DNA of 63,266 bases, the filler included, from Octopus bimaculoides (lineage: Eukaryota): the NCBI RefSeq assembly GCF_001194135.2. It is 8 parts of 8 records of this genome, joined end to end, with 100 filler letters (N's around TTAATTAATTAA, not from the genome) between each part and the next. Parts side by side here need not be neighbours in the genome. Positions count along the whole stretch, not along the records: positions 11,204 to 29,478 come from NC_068986.1; positions 29,579 to 33,341 come from NC_068990.1; positions 33,442 to 44,270 come from NC_068984.1; 5 more parts are not named here. One strand, written 5' to 3'. Position numbers and translations under genes: made by a program. Each line of letters starts with the position of its first letter. Within the stretch, counting starts at the first letter, position 1. The notes below the pieces were generated by a model. That model was given only the letters and a program-made list of their open reading frames with translations, had not been told where the DNA came from and did not search any database. Positions 25,590-38,707 of the stretch are shown piece after piece.

Positions 25590-25930
25590 TTTGTTCCAGT
25601 CACTGCACTACAGTCATGCCTGGGAAATGCCATCAATGGTTAAGTCGAAGGATTCGTCTCTAGTACTTATATGTAAGCCTGGAACATTTTCTCTTGGTAT
25701 CTTTTATCGAAACAATAACTCACGGAGCCGTAAAAATACCGATACTGGTTATAAAGCAGTGATGGGAAAGAAACACAAACAACAACGCACGCAGGGACAC
25801 ACACACACACACACACACACACGCACGCACGCATAGATACGTTCGTAAGTACGTATGTGTGTAAATGTGACGCGCTTTCTTTGAATTTCCGTCAAACAAA
25901 TCTATTCATAAGATTTTGATTAGCATGCAT
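25590..25930 (-). mobile_element. Diverged SINE family A copy
   Basis: TTGTTCCAGTCA..CAGTCATGCCTGG tail, GGAGCCGTAAAA and GAATTTCCGTC..AAATCTATTCATAAG match family A in reverse. Confidence 0.55.
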
Positions 25931-26536
25931 TCGGAAAAAGGAAATTTACGGCGATTTCTTTGACTCGTCCTATAGTTCATCGGCAACTCTGCAGACGACC
26001 ACCAGACTTCTTCATAGCAAACGCTATTTAAACCAGTCACAAAATAACACTAAACTGAAATGGCTAGAATAATTGGCTGTTCATATACTACTCGGTGACC
26101 TGGTNNNNNNNNNNNNNNNNNNNNNNNNNNNNNNNNNNNNNNNNNNNNNNNNNNNNNNNNNNNNNNNNNNNNNNNNNNNNNNNNNNNNNNNNNNNNNNNN
26201 NNNNNNNNNNNNNNNNNNNNNNNNNNNNNNNNNNNNNNNNNNNNNNNNNNNNNNNNNNNNNNNNNNNNNNNNNNNNNNNNNNNNNNNNNNNNNNNNNNNN
26301 NNNNNNNNNNNNNNNNNNNNNNNNNNNNNNNNNNNNNNNNNNNNNNNNNNNNNNNNNNNNNNNNNNNNNNNNNNNNNNNNNNNNNNNNNNNNNNNNNNNN
26401 NNNNNNNNNNNNNNNNNNNNNNNNNNNNNNNNNNNNNNNNNNNNNNNNNNNNNNNNNNNNNNNNNNNNNNNNNNNNNNNNNNNNNNNNNNNNNNNNNNNN
26501 NNNNNNNNNNNNNNNNNNNNNNNNNNNNNNNNNNNN

Positions 26537-26599
<63 letters not shown>

Positions 26600-27052
26600 C
26601 ACACGCATACACGCACGCACGCACACATACACAAACACACAAATAGAAACACTCACACACGCATACACTCAGAGACACTCACACACTCGTAGATTCTCAC
26701 ATACGTACATTCTCCAGGCAAGACTACACAAGACACACAGTGGTACTCATGTCGCTATGTATGTCATTATATTAATAAGAAACTTGTAAATCGCCTTAAA
26801 AATTGTCAATTTAAGGCTTCTCACTAAATTAACATTTACAAAATGGTTCATATTTCTTTCCTTTTTATTTTAATTTTTATCATTTACTTTGTCATGCTTC
26901 ATATATCTTTTTCTCTATTGCACTGCGAATGATACACAGACACAAACACACACTCTCACAAGCACACACACATACACACACGCCACACACGACTCCATTT
27001 TTATATGAACACATTAAAAAACACAAATATTTGCCTGAACATTATGTGTATG

Positions 27053-27089
<37 letters not shown>

Positions 27090-28077
27090 NNNNNNNNNNN
27101 NNNNNNNNNNNNNNNNNNNNNNNNNNNNNNNNNNNNNNNNNNNNNNNNNNNNNNNNNNNNNNNNNNNNNNNNNNNNNNNNNNNNNNNNNNNNNNNNNNNN
27201 NNNNNNNNNNNNNNNNNNNNNNNNNNNNNNNNNNNNNNNNNNNNNNNNNNNNNNNNNNNNNNNNNNNNNNNNNNNNNNNNNNNNNNNNNNNNNNNNNNNN
27301 NNNNNNNNNNNNNNNNNNNNNNNNNNNNNNNNNNNNNNNNNNNNNNNNNNNNNNNNNNNNNNNNNNNNNNNNNNNNNNNNNNNNNNNNNNNNNNNNNNNN
27401 NNNNNNNNNNNNNNNNNNNNNNNNNNNNNNNNNNNNNNNNNNNNNNNNNNNNNNNNNNNNNNNNNNNNNNNNNNNNNNNNNNNNNNNNNNNNNNNNNNNN
27501 NNNNNNNNNNNNNNNNNNNNNNNNNNNNNNNNNNNNNNNNNNNNNNNNNNNNNNNNNNNNNNNNNNNNNNNNNNNNNNNNNNNNNNNNNNNNNNNNNNNN
27601 NNNNNNNNNNNNNNNNNNNNNNNNNNNNNNNNNNNNNNNNNNNNNNNNNNNNNNNNNNNNNNNNNNNNNNNNNNNNNNNNNNNNNNNNNNNNNNNNNNNN
27701 NNNNNNNNNNNNNNNNNNNNNNNNNNNNNNNNNNNNNNNNNNNNNNNNNNNNNNNNNNNNNNNNNNNNNNNNNNNNNNNNNNNNNNNNNNNNNNNNNNNN
27801 NNNNNNNNNNNNNNNNNNNNNNNNNNNNNNNNNNNNNNNNNNNNNNNNNNNNNNNNNNNNNNNNNNNNNNNNNNNNNNNNNNNNNNNNNNNNNNNNNNNN
27901 NNNNNNNNNNNNNNNNNNNNNNNNNNNNNNNNNNNNNNNNNNNNNNNNNNNNNNNNNNNNNNNNNNNNNNNNNNNNNNNNNNNNNNNNNNNNNNNNNNNN
28001 NNNNNNNNNNNNNNNNNNNNNNNNNNNNNNNNNNNNNNNNNNNNNNNNNNNNNNNNATATACATATATATATATACA

Positions 28078-28119
<42 letters not shown>

Positions 28120-28135
28120 TAAATATATATCCATA

Positions 28136-28176
<41 letters not shown>

Positions 28177-28983
28177 ACATATATACGTATGTTGGTGGAT
28201 GTTAGTGTGTATGAATAGAAATAGGTATAGAGCTACGCTTCATTTTAGAGACGGAAGAAAACTCAATACTTGAAGGAGAGTATGAAACGATTGACAATGG
28301 CATTGACACGAAACGTTTAGCTCCAGATTAACTCCAATAATATTGTTAGCTAGCAAATGGCAATATGCATATATAGATAAATATAAATTTAATATGTGTG
28401 TAGAACTATGTATACATATATGTCATATGTTATATATAGATATTATATATATGTATACGTAAATACATATATACACATTNNNNNNNNNNGTATATATATG
28501 CATGCATGTATACATATATACATACTTATACAGGAGAGGCAGACAGAGTGACAACTACACATACAATACATCGAAACACATAATCCACGCATAAAGATGC
28601 AAACCTCCATATTAAGATGATCTCTCTTTCTCTTTCTCTCTCTCTCTCTCTCTCTCCCTCTCTCCTTCTACATACAGGCACACAGATAAGTCAATAGAGA
28701 AACACACAGAAAAAACAAACAAACCAATAGCCTTGTAAATAATAAAGAGACAACTGCAGTCGTCCTTTATTTATATTTCTTTATACAGCCTCTAGCAAAC
28801 GTTGCATGTCTTTCCGCTGCCAACAAAAGCCAGGCACAACAAAAAGATGAGCGCAAAACTAACTGAAACGTAGCGCAGCATTGGAGCATTCTGCAGTGAA
28901 AGTGCGAATGCAACTGGGAGACGAACAATAGCGTAACAGACATAACACATAGAATATATATATGTATATATACATTTGTGTGT

Positions 28984-29068
<85 letters not shown>

Positions 29069-29132
29069 CGGGTATATAGAGTATATACATGCGTTTTTAT
29101 ATATATACTTACACACACACACACACAAACAT

Positions 29133-29165
<33 letters not shown>

Positions 29166-29589
29166 CATATATGTGTGTGTATGTGTGTGTATGTGTGTGA
29201 ATATATCTATATGCGTTTGAGTATATGTAATATTTTTTGGTGTGTTTCGATGTGTGGGGAAAGGAGTTATAAATATAGAGGGATGTGGAGTAATTAAAAA
29301 TGTTGAATGAACTGAAATAGGTATTAAAGAAGACAAAATATAATAAAAAGTATCTAACAAAGAGGGGAAAAAAATTATAACTGGTAGGAATATCTGTGAA
29401 TAGTGTTGATGCTTACTTCATCACAACTTCTTATTGAATTCCACACACTCCTATATATATATATATATATATATATATNNNNNNNNNNNNNNNNNNNNNN
29501 NNNNNNNNNNNNNNNNNNNNNNTTAATTAATTAANNNNNNNNNNNNNNNNNNNNNNNNNNNNNNNNNNNNNNNNNNNNGTTATTTAATT

Positions 29590-29725
29590 CAGTTATTTCC
29601 GTCTACCAAATTCACTCACAAGGCTATGGTAGAAGACACTTGCCCAAGGTGGTACGTAGTGGAACTGAACCCGGAACCATGTGGTTGGGAAGCAGTTTCT
29701 TACCAAGCAGCCACACTGCGCCTAT
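29590..29725 (-). mobile_element. SINE family A, 5' half
   Basis: TTCCGTCTACCAAATTCACTCACAAGG...GAACCCGGAACCATGTGG...CAGCCACACTGCGCC. Confidence 0.8.
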
Positions 29726-29780
29726 GTATGGATTTCTATTTAAGAACTGATTTTTGCACTTTTAATATCAATGTGGAATA

Positions 29781-30420
29781 AAGCAGCGAGCTGGCAGAAA
29801 CGTTAGCACGCCCGGACAAATGCTTAGTGGTATTTCGTCTGTCTTCTAAGTTCTGAGTTCAAATTCCGCCGAAGTTTACTTTGACTTTCATACTTTCGGG
29901 GTCGATAAATTAAGTACCAGTTGCGTACTGGCATCGATGTAATTGACTTAATCCCTTTGTCTGTCCTTGTTTGTCCCCTCTATGTTTATCCCCTTGTGGG
30001 TAATAAAGAAATAAGAAATGTTAGCACGCCGGACGAAACGCTTAGCAGTATTTCGTCTGTCTTAACATTCTGAGTTCAAATTCTGCCGAGGTCGAATTTG
30101 CCTTTCATCTTTTCGGGGTCGATAAATTAAGTATCAGTTTGCGTACTTGGGTCGATCTAATCGACTGGCCCCTTCGGGCCTCGTACCTAGAGTTGGAAAG
30201 AATATTAACCTAGAACTGACAGAATCGTTAGCACACTGGACAAAAAGCTTAGCAGCATTTCGTGTGTCTTGATGCTCTGAGTTCAAATTGCTCTGAGGCC
30301 GACTTCGCCTTTTATACTCTCGGAGTAGATAAAATAAGAACCAGTTTAAACACCGGGTTCGATGTAATCTACTTTCCCCTTCCCTAAAATTACTGGCCTA
30401 GTGCAAAAATTTAAAGTCAA
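29781..30420 (+). mobile_element. Head-to-tail array of three SINE family B copies
   Basis: Three successive GTTAGCAC..GAGTTCAAATT..GTCGATAAAT modules at about 29781, 30017 and 30215. Confidence 0.85.
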
Positions 30421-30684
30421 TATTAAACAGGAAATATTACGCTAATGTGGCGCTCCTATTTCTTGTCTAGTAATTCCAGGCTGCAGTTTTATTCTTAACG
30501 CGCTTTTGACATCCTTGGACTGAAATGAAACCGTCCACGACTTACAACCCTAATAATATAAGTTTCGCAGGTGATTGTAGGACAAACGTTTTGATAAACC
30601 ACTCCATTGTGAATCTTCTGAATTTTCTGTTCTTGGGGTTATAAGATGTACCTCATTGAAATCGTATGTATGTATGTATGTATC

Positions 30685-30830
30685 AGAGAACTCGCATGAA
30701 TCCACCCGTTGTAAATTGTGATATGGCTATCGTTCACGGCAGAAAATATGCAGCCTGTGGAAAGGTGTACCTTTCAGTTGGAGGATTCAGAAAGCACGTC
30801 AAAATAATTCATACTGTCACCTGTTCAGTT
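30685..30830 (+). mobile_element. Isolated degenerate C2H2-like fragment, possibly the C-terminus of an RTE LINE ORF
   Basis: RTRMNPPVVNCDM..GRKYAACGKVYLSVGGFRKHVKIIH. The first Cys is missing, it starts right after a (TATG)n run, and no flanking gene structure is visible. Confidence 0.3.
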
Positions 30831-31246
30831 TACCAACCGGCACGGTTGTGTGTTATGCAAGAGAATATGAAAACTTTGGGGCCGGGCCCAAGAGTTATAC
30901 AAGGACCTGACATTACTTCAACACTGACTCATTTGAATGATCCTTTATAGCAATGGCTTTGATCGCATACGAGAAAGCAACTACTATATATGTATGAATA
31001 TATATGTATGAATATATATATATANNNNNNNNNNNNNNNNNNNNNNNNNNNNNNNNNNNNNNNNNNNNNNNNNNNNNNNNNNNNNNNNNNNNNNNNNNNN
31101 NNNNNNNNNNNNNNNNNNNNNNNNNNNNNNNNNNNNNNNNNCATATACTTTTCTACATATATTTATAAATGTACACACATACATGTGAGTGTGTGTGCGT
31201 GCGAATGTGTGCGTGCGAGTGTGTGCGTGCGTGTGTGTGTGTGTGC

Positions 31247-31284
<38 letters not shown>

Positions 31285-31567
31285 GTATTTATATTTATCT
31301 ATATATGTATGTGCACGTCTGTGCGTGTGTGTGTGTGTGTGTGTATGCGCGTACGTATGTCTGCATATATGTAATACACAGTTGTTTATGTGTTTAGAAG
31401 GGACGTGCGCGCACACATATCCACGCACCCATACACACATACACATCTCACATATATACATCTTCAGTGATCATCTTCATCGCCACTCGAGTTATCATGA
31501 TCAGCGTAATGGTCACCATTTTCATTTTCATTACCATCCTCACCATCGTCACCACCATTTTCGTTAC

Positions 31568-31582
31568 GAAGCAGCAGCAGCG

Positions 31583-31646
<64 letters not shown>

Positions 31647-31650
31647 CATT

Positions 31651-31742
<92 letters not shown>
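31568..31742. repeat. Compound (GCA)n/(GTA)n trinucleotide microsatellite running into a gap
   Basis: Direct reading. Confidence 0.9.
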
Positions 31743-32895
31743 NNNNNNNNNNNNNNNNNNNNNNNNNNNNNNNNNNNNNNNNNNNNNNNNNNNNNNNNNN
31801 NNNNNNNNNNNNNNNNNNNNNNNNNNNNNNNNNNNNNNNNNNNNNNNNNNNNNNNNNNNNNNNNNNNNNNNNNNNNNNNNNNNNNNNNNNNNNNNNNNNN
31901 NNNNNNNNNNNNNNNNNNNNNNNNNNNNNNNNNNNNNNNNNNNNNNNNNNNNNNNNNNNNNNNNNNNNNNNNNNNNNNNNNNNNNNNNNNNNNNNNNNNN
32001 NNNNNNNNNNNNNNNNNNNNNNNNNNNNNNNNNNNNNNNNNNNNNNNNNNNNNNNNNNNNNNNNNNNNNNNNNNNNNNNNNNNNNNNNNNNNNNNNNNNN
32101 NNNNNNNNNNNNNNNNNNNNNNNNNNNNNNNNNNNNNNNNNNNNNNNNNNNNNNNNNNNNNNNNNNNNNNNNNNNNNNNNNNNNNNNNNNNNNNNNNNNN
32201 NNNNNNNNNNNNNNNNNNNNNNNNNNNNNNNNNNNNNNNNNNNNNNNNNNNNNNNNNNNNNNNNNNNNNNNNNNNNNNNNNNNNGGAGGAGGGAGGGCAG
32301 AGGAGGAGGGAGGGCAGAGGAGGAGGGAGGGCAGAGGAGGAGGGGGAGGTGGGTATCAATATCAATAACACCAACAATTTTATTATTCATTTATTCCTAG
32401 CAATTAATCTTTTACAGTTTTGATAAGGTGGTAAAATCTGTTTGTTTATTTTCTTTCTTATTTTGTTGTAGATTTCTTTATAATTGTTTGTATATTATTC
32501 ACTTTATTTTCCACATTTTAAAATATTTTATTTGCCGAGTTTTTCTGTTTTTTTTTTTTCTTTTGATAAGAAACAATATTTTTTGTAGTCAGCCATTTTT
32601 ATACTAAATTTATATTATTCCGTAATTTTTTCTTCTCATGGTAATAGTTTTTTTGTCACATTTTATTTTTCTTTCGATGGTTAAGTATGTACTGCATTAC
32701 ATCGCTTGCCATTACTTTTTCTCGTGTTCATTTCTTCCCATAGACAAGGATCCAACACTGATATGGGATCTTATGCACGTGATTCGTTCTTTTGTACGAA
32801 GCAGACGACAGCAATGGGGGTACAGCCCGCCTTGCATTCATATGAAACCTCAAAAGGCAGCTTCGTAGTTAGTTGTTCTCTTTGCTCTTGTACTT

Positions 32896-32959
<64 letters not shown>

Positions 32960-33163
32960 TATAGAGTAGTTGATGTTCTTGTTATTGTCTTCGCTGCATA
33001 GTGGCCTGAGGCCACGGGTTTGCGTCGCCATCACTTTGGGAGGGGTTTTTTTTTCATTATTATCAAAAGATACATAGGACGCGGCAGAAGAGAAGTGAAG
33101 AGGTTCAGTGCATCTGTGTCCGTCAGTGTCTATGTATTTGTATTTATGCGCACGCACACGTAA

Positions 33164-33201
<38 letters not shown>

Positions 33202-33466
33202 TACTACTTTACTTTGTTATATATATATATATATATATATATATGCATAATACATGCATACATGCGTACGTACGTACATGCAAACATAAATATATATAAA
33301 CAGAAAGAGAGAGAGAGAAAGAAAAAAAAGGGTTAAGATGANNNNNNNNNNNNNNNNNNNNNNNNNNNNNNNNNNNNNNNNNNNNTTAATTAATTAANNN
33401 NNNNNNNNNNNNNNNNNNNNNNNNNNNNNNNNNNNNNNNNNATATATATATATATACATATATATA

Positions 33467-33808
33467 CGACAGGCTTCTTTCAGTATCCGTCTACCAAATC
33501 CACTCACAAGGCTTTGGTCGGCCCGAGGCTATAGTAGAAGACACTTGCCCAAGGTGCCACGCAGTGGGAATGAACCCAGAACCATGTGGTTGGTAAGCAA
33601 GCTTCTTACCACACAGCCACGCCTGCGCCATTGGTTTCAAATTCTAGCACAAAGCCAACGACTTCGGGGGACCCCAGTACTCAACTGGTACTTATTCTCT
33701 CGACCACGAAAGGATGAAAGGCAAAGTCGACCTCGGCGGAATTTGAATTCAGATTGTAAAGTCGGACGAAATATCGCTAAGCATTTCGGTACGCGTGTTA
33801 ACGATTCT
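33467..33808 (-). mobile_element. SINE-A 5' half (33467-33628) abutting a SINE-B copy (33630-33808)
   Basis: Both match the family motifs in reverse complement. Confidence 0.8.
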
Positions 33809-33990
33809 GTCTATATTACGAGACATATGTTCATTTACCTTCACCCCAAAAAAATCATTAGATCAAGAAGTTATCTTGTATGGTATTTAGTATACCTTTA
33901 ATTATCTTTGTTGTTGAAATTCATGTCAGTGACTACAGAGTTACTTCTCTTCATTTTTGTTTTGTGTGTTTGTGAGAGTGTGTATGTGTC

Positions 33991-34021
<31 letters not shown>

Positions 34022-34439
34022 TTTATATTAGGCCGAATATTTTCGTAAGAACAATATCCATTGCCTGTATAAAACGATGAAACAAACGTTGTTACCTGGT
34101 TTTAAAAACTGAAACAAAATGAGAAAAATTGAATGAAAAAAAAACATAATTTAATCAACCACGCGGTTTCGGAGTCAATCCATCTGCACAGCATCGTGGA
34201 GCTGACCAATATTTTGTTAGAGAATTTGATAAACAGAAACTGTATGGAAGCCCGTCGTATATANNNNNNNNNNNNNNNNNNNNNNNNNNNNNNNNNNNNN
34301 NNNNNNNNNNNNNNNNNNNNNNNNNNNNNNNNNNNNNNNNNNNNNNNNNNNNNNNNNNNNNNNNNNNNNNNNNNNNNNNNNNNNNNNNNNNNNNNNNNNN
34401 NNNNNNNNNNNNNNNNNNNNNNNNNTATATATATATTCT

Positions 34440-34759
34440 TTATTCTTTTACTTGTTTCAATCATTTGACTGCGGCCATGCTTTTAGTCAAACAAATCGAC
34501 CCCAGGACTTATTCTTTGTAAGCTTAGTACTTATTCTATCGGTCATTTTGTGCCGAACCGCTAAGTTACGGGGACACCAACACCGGTTGGGTCGTGTTAT
34601 CTGCAAACACTGCAAGAATATCAAGTGCAAACACTTCTGCACAGAGTTTGATATTCACCTGATATTGTTTGGATGTGCAAATTAGATCGACCTAACATGG
34701 TGCTCAGTTTAAGTTACTAATTCAACCGAATCTTAACTGTGTGTGTGAGAAAGAGAGGT

Positions 34760-34831
<72 letters not shown>

Positions 34832-35022
34832 GAACAGACAGGTACATGTGTGCTTGTCCCTCCACAGCTTAACAAATGATGTTGGTTTGCCTACGTCCCC
34901 GTAACTTCGGCTAAGAGGCCTACAGAATGTGTACCAGACTTTAAATCAGTAATTGGAGTCGATTTGTTCGACTAACCCTTCAAAATGGTGCCCCAGCACA
35001 GCCTCAGTCAGACGACTGAAAC
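34440..35022. mobile_element. SINE-A 3' halves (minus 34440-34590; plus 34845-35022)
   Basis: CATTTGACTGCGGCCATGC..GCCGAACCGCTAAGTTACGGGGAC and its forward counterpart. Confidence 0.7.
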
Positions 35023-35345
35023 CATTGGTTCTCGACCATTTTTTTACCTATGGACTCCTTTGATTATTATTTTACTCTGGGGCATCCCCATAACCATTCG
35101 ATGTTTAAAAACTAGTTTTATAGATACCTCCTTCATAATTCGTATTTTGTATTTCACCCTTGTGTTGGCTGAATGCTAGAGAAAGAAACTTGTTTCTTAA
35201 AAACATATATGTCTAAAGCAAAATTTTTTAATGGACACTTTAAATACTTCTGTGGGTCCCCAGTTTACTATTTTACTTGCGTGGACACCCCCAAAATCTG
35301 ACATGGACCGTCAGGGATCATGTGAACCCCAGTTTAGAACCATTG
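35023..35345. mobile_element. hAT-type MITE inserted at the tail of a SINE-A copy
   Basis: Imperfect TIRs CATTGGTTCTCGACC / AGTTTAGAACCATTG resemble CAGTGGTTCTCAAC. Internal sequence is related to 37902-38158. The 8-bp TSD is not clean. Confidence 0.6.
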
Positions 35346-35644
35346 AATCAGACGAATGAAAGAGTTAAGCAGTAACGTGAACCAACATCACCAGGACAAA
35401 CTGGATAAGCAATGAAATAAACAACCTTTATATCACAGATAAATTATCTCTAAGTAACCATAGCTTGTTATACTTATCTACATTTCCGTTTCAAGATTTT
35501 AGATTGCGCAAATTCCTACGCATACACTCAATTAATTATTCGTTCCAATTTCAATTCCAATTATTCGTTCCAATTCCTCTCAACCAATGAATTCTTTCTG
35601 ATTTAATATTTCTTTACAGCAATTTTTTCGATGGCATCGCTATC

Positions 35645-35897
35645 TTTTACTTGTTTCAGTCATTAGACTGCGGCCATGCTGAAGCACCACCTTGTAAAAT
35701 TTCTAGAACGCCGCCTTGGAGAATTTTTAGTCGAATGAATTGACCTCAGTACATTTTGTTAAAGCCTAATACTTTTTCTATCGGCTATTTTAGCCGAGTT
35801 GCTGAGTTACGGGAACGTAAACACACCAACACCAATTGTCAAGCAGTGGTGGAAAAGAAACACAAACATAAAGACACATACATACACACATGTATAA

Positions 35898-35947
<50 letters not shown>

Positions 35948-36100
35948 GGATGGATGGATGGATGGATGGATTTCTATCAGTTTCCATCTACAAAATCCAC
36001 TCACAAGTCTTTGGTCGGCCCAAGATGCCACACAGTGGTACTGAACTCGGAACCATGTGGTTGGCATGCAAGGTTTTTACCACCCAGGCAAGCCTGCGCT
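35645..36100 (-). mobile_element. SINE family A, rearranged full-length copy with a (GATA)n/(GATG)n centre
   Basis: Tail, core and head motifs all present in reverse. Confidence 0.75.
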
Positions 36101-37067
36101 AACATTTATTCATTTACGTATTTCATCACCACGTATAACTCATATTCGATGGCAAATTAACAACAGTCCAAACATTTTCGGATATTCTGCTATTAATGTC
36201 CAGTTTCCAAAAGAATTTTTCCATAAAATTAATTTTACGTTGGTAAATATCCGGAATTAACCATTTGGTAGATACTCTGGAGGCAATACTTAATAATCGA
36301 TTTTCTATATTCTTCTTCTAGGTTTTATAAAGAAATTAATGTAACTAAGGAAAGGCTCATGTTTCATTTCGTTTCAATTTATTTTCGTTTTGTATAATTC
36401 AAGGACTTTCTACTGATAATCGTATTCAGCATTATTATCGTGTGTGTGTGTCTCTTTTAAATTTGCTTACGGGTAACGTTTTGGATATGCAAATAAAGCC
36501 CCTGTTCCATTATGCCGGCTACACTTTAATGATGTTGACTGGTGAACCAGTTTTTTTTAGCGTTGCATCGAGTTACGCCAATGTAATGTAGGTAATCGAC
36601 AAACAGTTTGTGTCCGTATAGCATTTGCAAGGGAGCTCATCGCTCCCATCTCAAGCCTTACGTGATACTAGACACGGATAACATCCAGAAATCTAGATCT
36701 ATGAGTATATATGTATAATGTACTGTTCCGTGATAGTAAGATCAACAAAAAAGTACTCCCTCTGATGAGAGATAAATATTATCTAATAGACACAATACAC
36801 GTGTATAAGTGCTACAAATAGTTTCTTGTGATGAGAACACCCCAAATAATGAATTATAACATGTGTAACCTCTCCGCACAGTCATCAGGCACAAACCACA
36901 TAGTATAACGAACTAAAAATTGAATGTGTGATGTATGCATATATATGTAATGCTTGTACGTATTTATGTATGCAATGTATGTATGTATGTACGTATATAT
37001 GTATGGATGTATGTATGTGTGTATGTATGTGCATATACACGCGCATAGATGCACGAACACGTAAAGT

Positions 37068-37250
37068 CAGAAGAAATGCTTAGCGACACTTCTTCCGACT
37101 TTACGTTCTGAGTTCAAATGCCATTGGGGTCGACTTTCATCCTTTCGGGAGCGATAAAATAAGTGCTAACTGAACACTGGAGTCGATGTAAACGACTTCC
37201 ACCTCCCCTAAAATTGCTGGGCTTATACCTAAAATCTGAAACCAATATTT
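37068..37250 (+). mobile_element. SINE family B
   Basis: GAAATGCTTAGCG..GTTCTGAGTTCAAAT..CATCCTTTCGGGAGCGATAAAATAAGT. Confidence 0.7.
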
Positions 37251-37901
37251 TCCCTGATTTTTTTACTGCTGATTGACAAAAAATGAAAGTGGTGTTCTAA
37301 ACTAAATGACTGTCACTATATACATATATAATATTTGTGGAAATGTGTGTATCAATCCATTAAAATATAAAATTAATCACTTAGATTGTATTGAACATAT
37401 ATAAAAGAAATGACTGTCAACTTTCATGTAGATTGTAGAGTAGTTTCCTTCTGCAATAGCATCATTAAAATATTTTTTATTTATTTATGCGCCCTTTTAA
37501 AGCCTAGCCAGGCTCATGGGCCCGGTTTCCCGGTTTCTATAGCAACAAAATATTTTGTGGACACCCAAAGGCCATAGGCACTCAGTTGAGAACCATTGCT
37601 TTAAACTGTTGCAAGGCAACACCTATAGGAAAGACATGTATTGGGAAGTAATTCCAGAGAACCAACATATTGAAGAGGAAGGCATGAGATAAATGGCTTG
37701 TGTAGAATTTGTGATTTGGGCTACCAAAAAAATGTGTGGTAAGAGGGGAAAAAAATTAGTGACTCAATGTGAGAAAAGATAAGTGATTCAATGTGTTATA
37801 AGAGGAGAAAGGGTGAGTGACTCAATTAGGGTGACACAAGACCAATCAGCTCCCAAGTGCAGACATGATTGAAGTCGTGGTAGGAAAGGTTTATCATAGA
37901 A

Positions 37902-38158
37902 TTGTGGTTCTCAACCATTCTTTGTCTATAGGCCCGTTTGGTTCCTATTTTATTGTACTGGATCTTCATAACCATCCAATGCATATCAAAATATCCTATT
38001 ATATTTCTATAATGAAATATCATTAGGAATTGTATAAAAACTAATTGAAATATTTTGTGTATTATAGAAGTATAAGAAATTTATTGCAGGATAAAGTTTA
38101 ACAACAAAATCTTATGTGGATCCCTAAGGGCCACATGGACCTCGGTTGGGAACCACTA
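37902..38158. mobile_element. hAT-type MITE
   Basis: TIRs GTGGTTCTCAACC / GGTTGGGAACCAC. A lone right end of the same family lies at about 37555-37600. Confidence 0.6.
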
Positions 38159-38676
38159 AGTTAGACAAAGAGAAGATGGAGCACTGCCCATGACCTTTGA
38201 AGCCTTTTCCTAACTGATAGGACTGGCTGTTGGTGAGACCCTTTATTGTGCTTCCAAGACTAGTGGGAGAGAAGGAGTAAGGTATCTTCAAGCTATAGAC
38301 TCAGTCCAAATGCCTACACAACAGTGTGCACTCCAAGAAAGGTACCCAAGTTGCTGGTGGTGGTGGTGGTGGTGGTGGTGTTAAACTAGTGACTTGCTAC
38401 AAAGCTTAGGTAGAACCCACACAGGAGTGCAATTCACATCTATAAGAGATAGTATTACCACTGGACAGGAATAGAAATGCTAGACCACATTCAAAAGAAG
38501 TCTTTCTTCTGATCCATAAAGATTCACATCCCAAATCTATACTACACTCACAGCTTCTACTACTACTACTACTACTGCTACTACTGCTGCTGCTACTGCC
38601 ACCATTGGAACCACCAACACCACCAACAACACTACCACCAACACTACCACCACCACCACCACCACTACCACCACTA

Positions 38677-38707
<31 letters not shown>

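Noticed and set aside
34150-34195. GGA-TTGAC-TCC-GAAAC hairpin resembling hammerhead stem II (minus strand)
   Set aside because: No CUGANGA core and no stem I.
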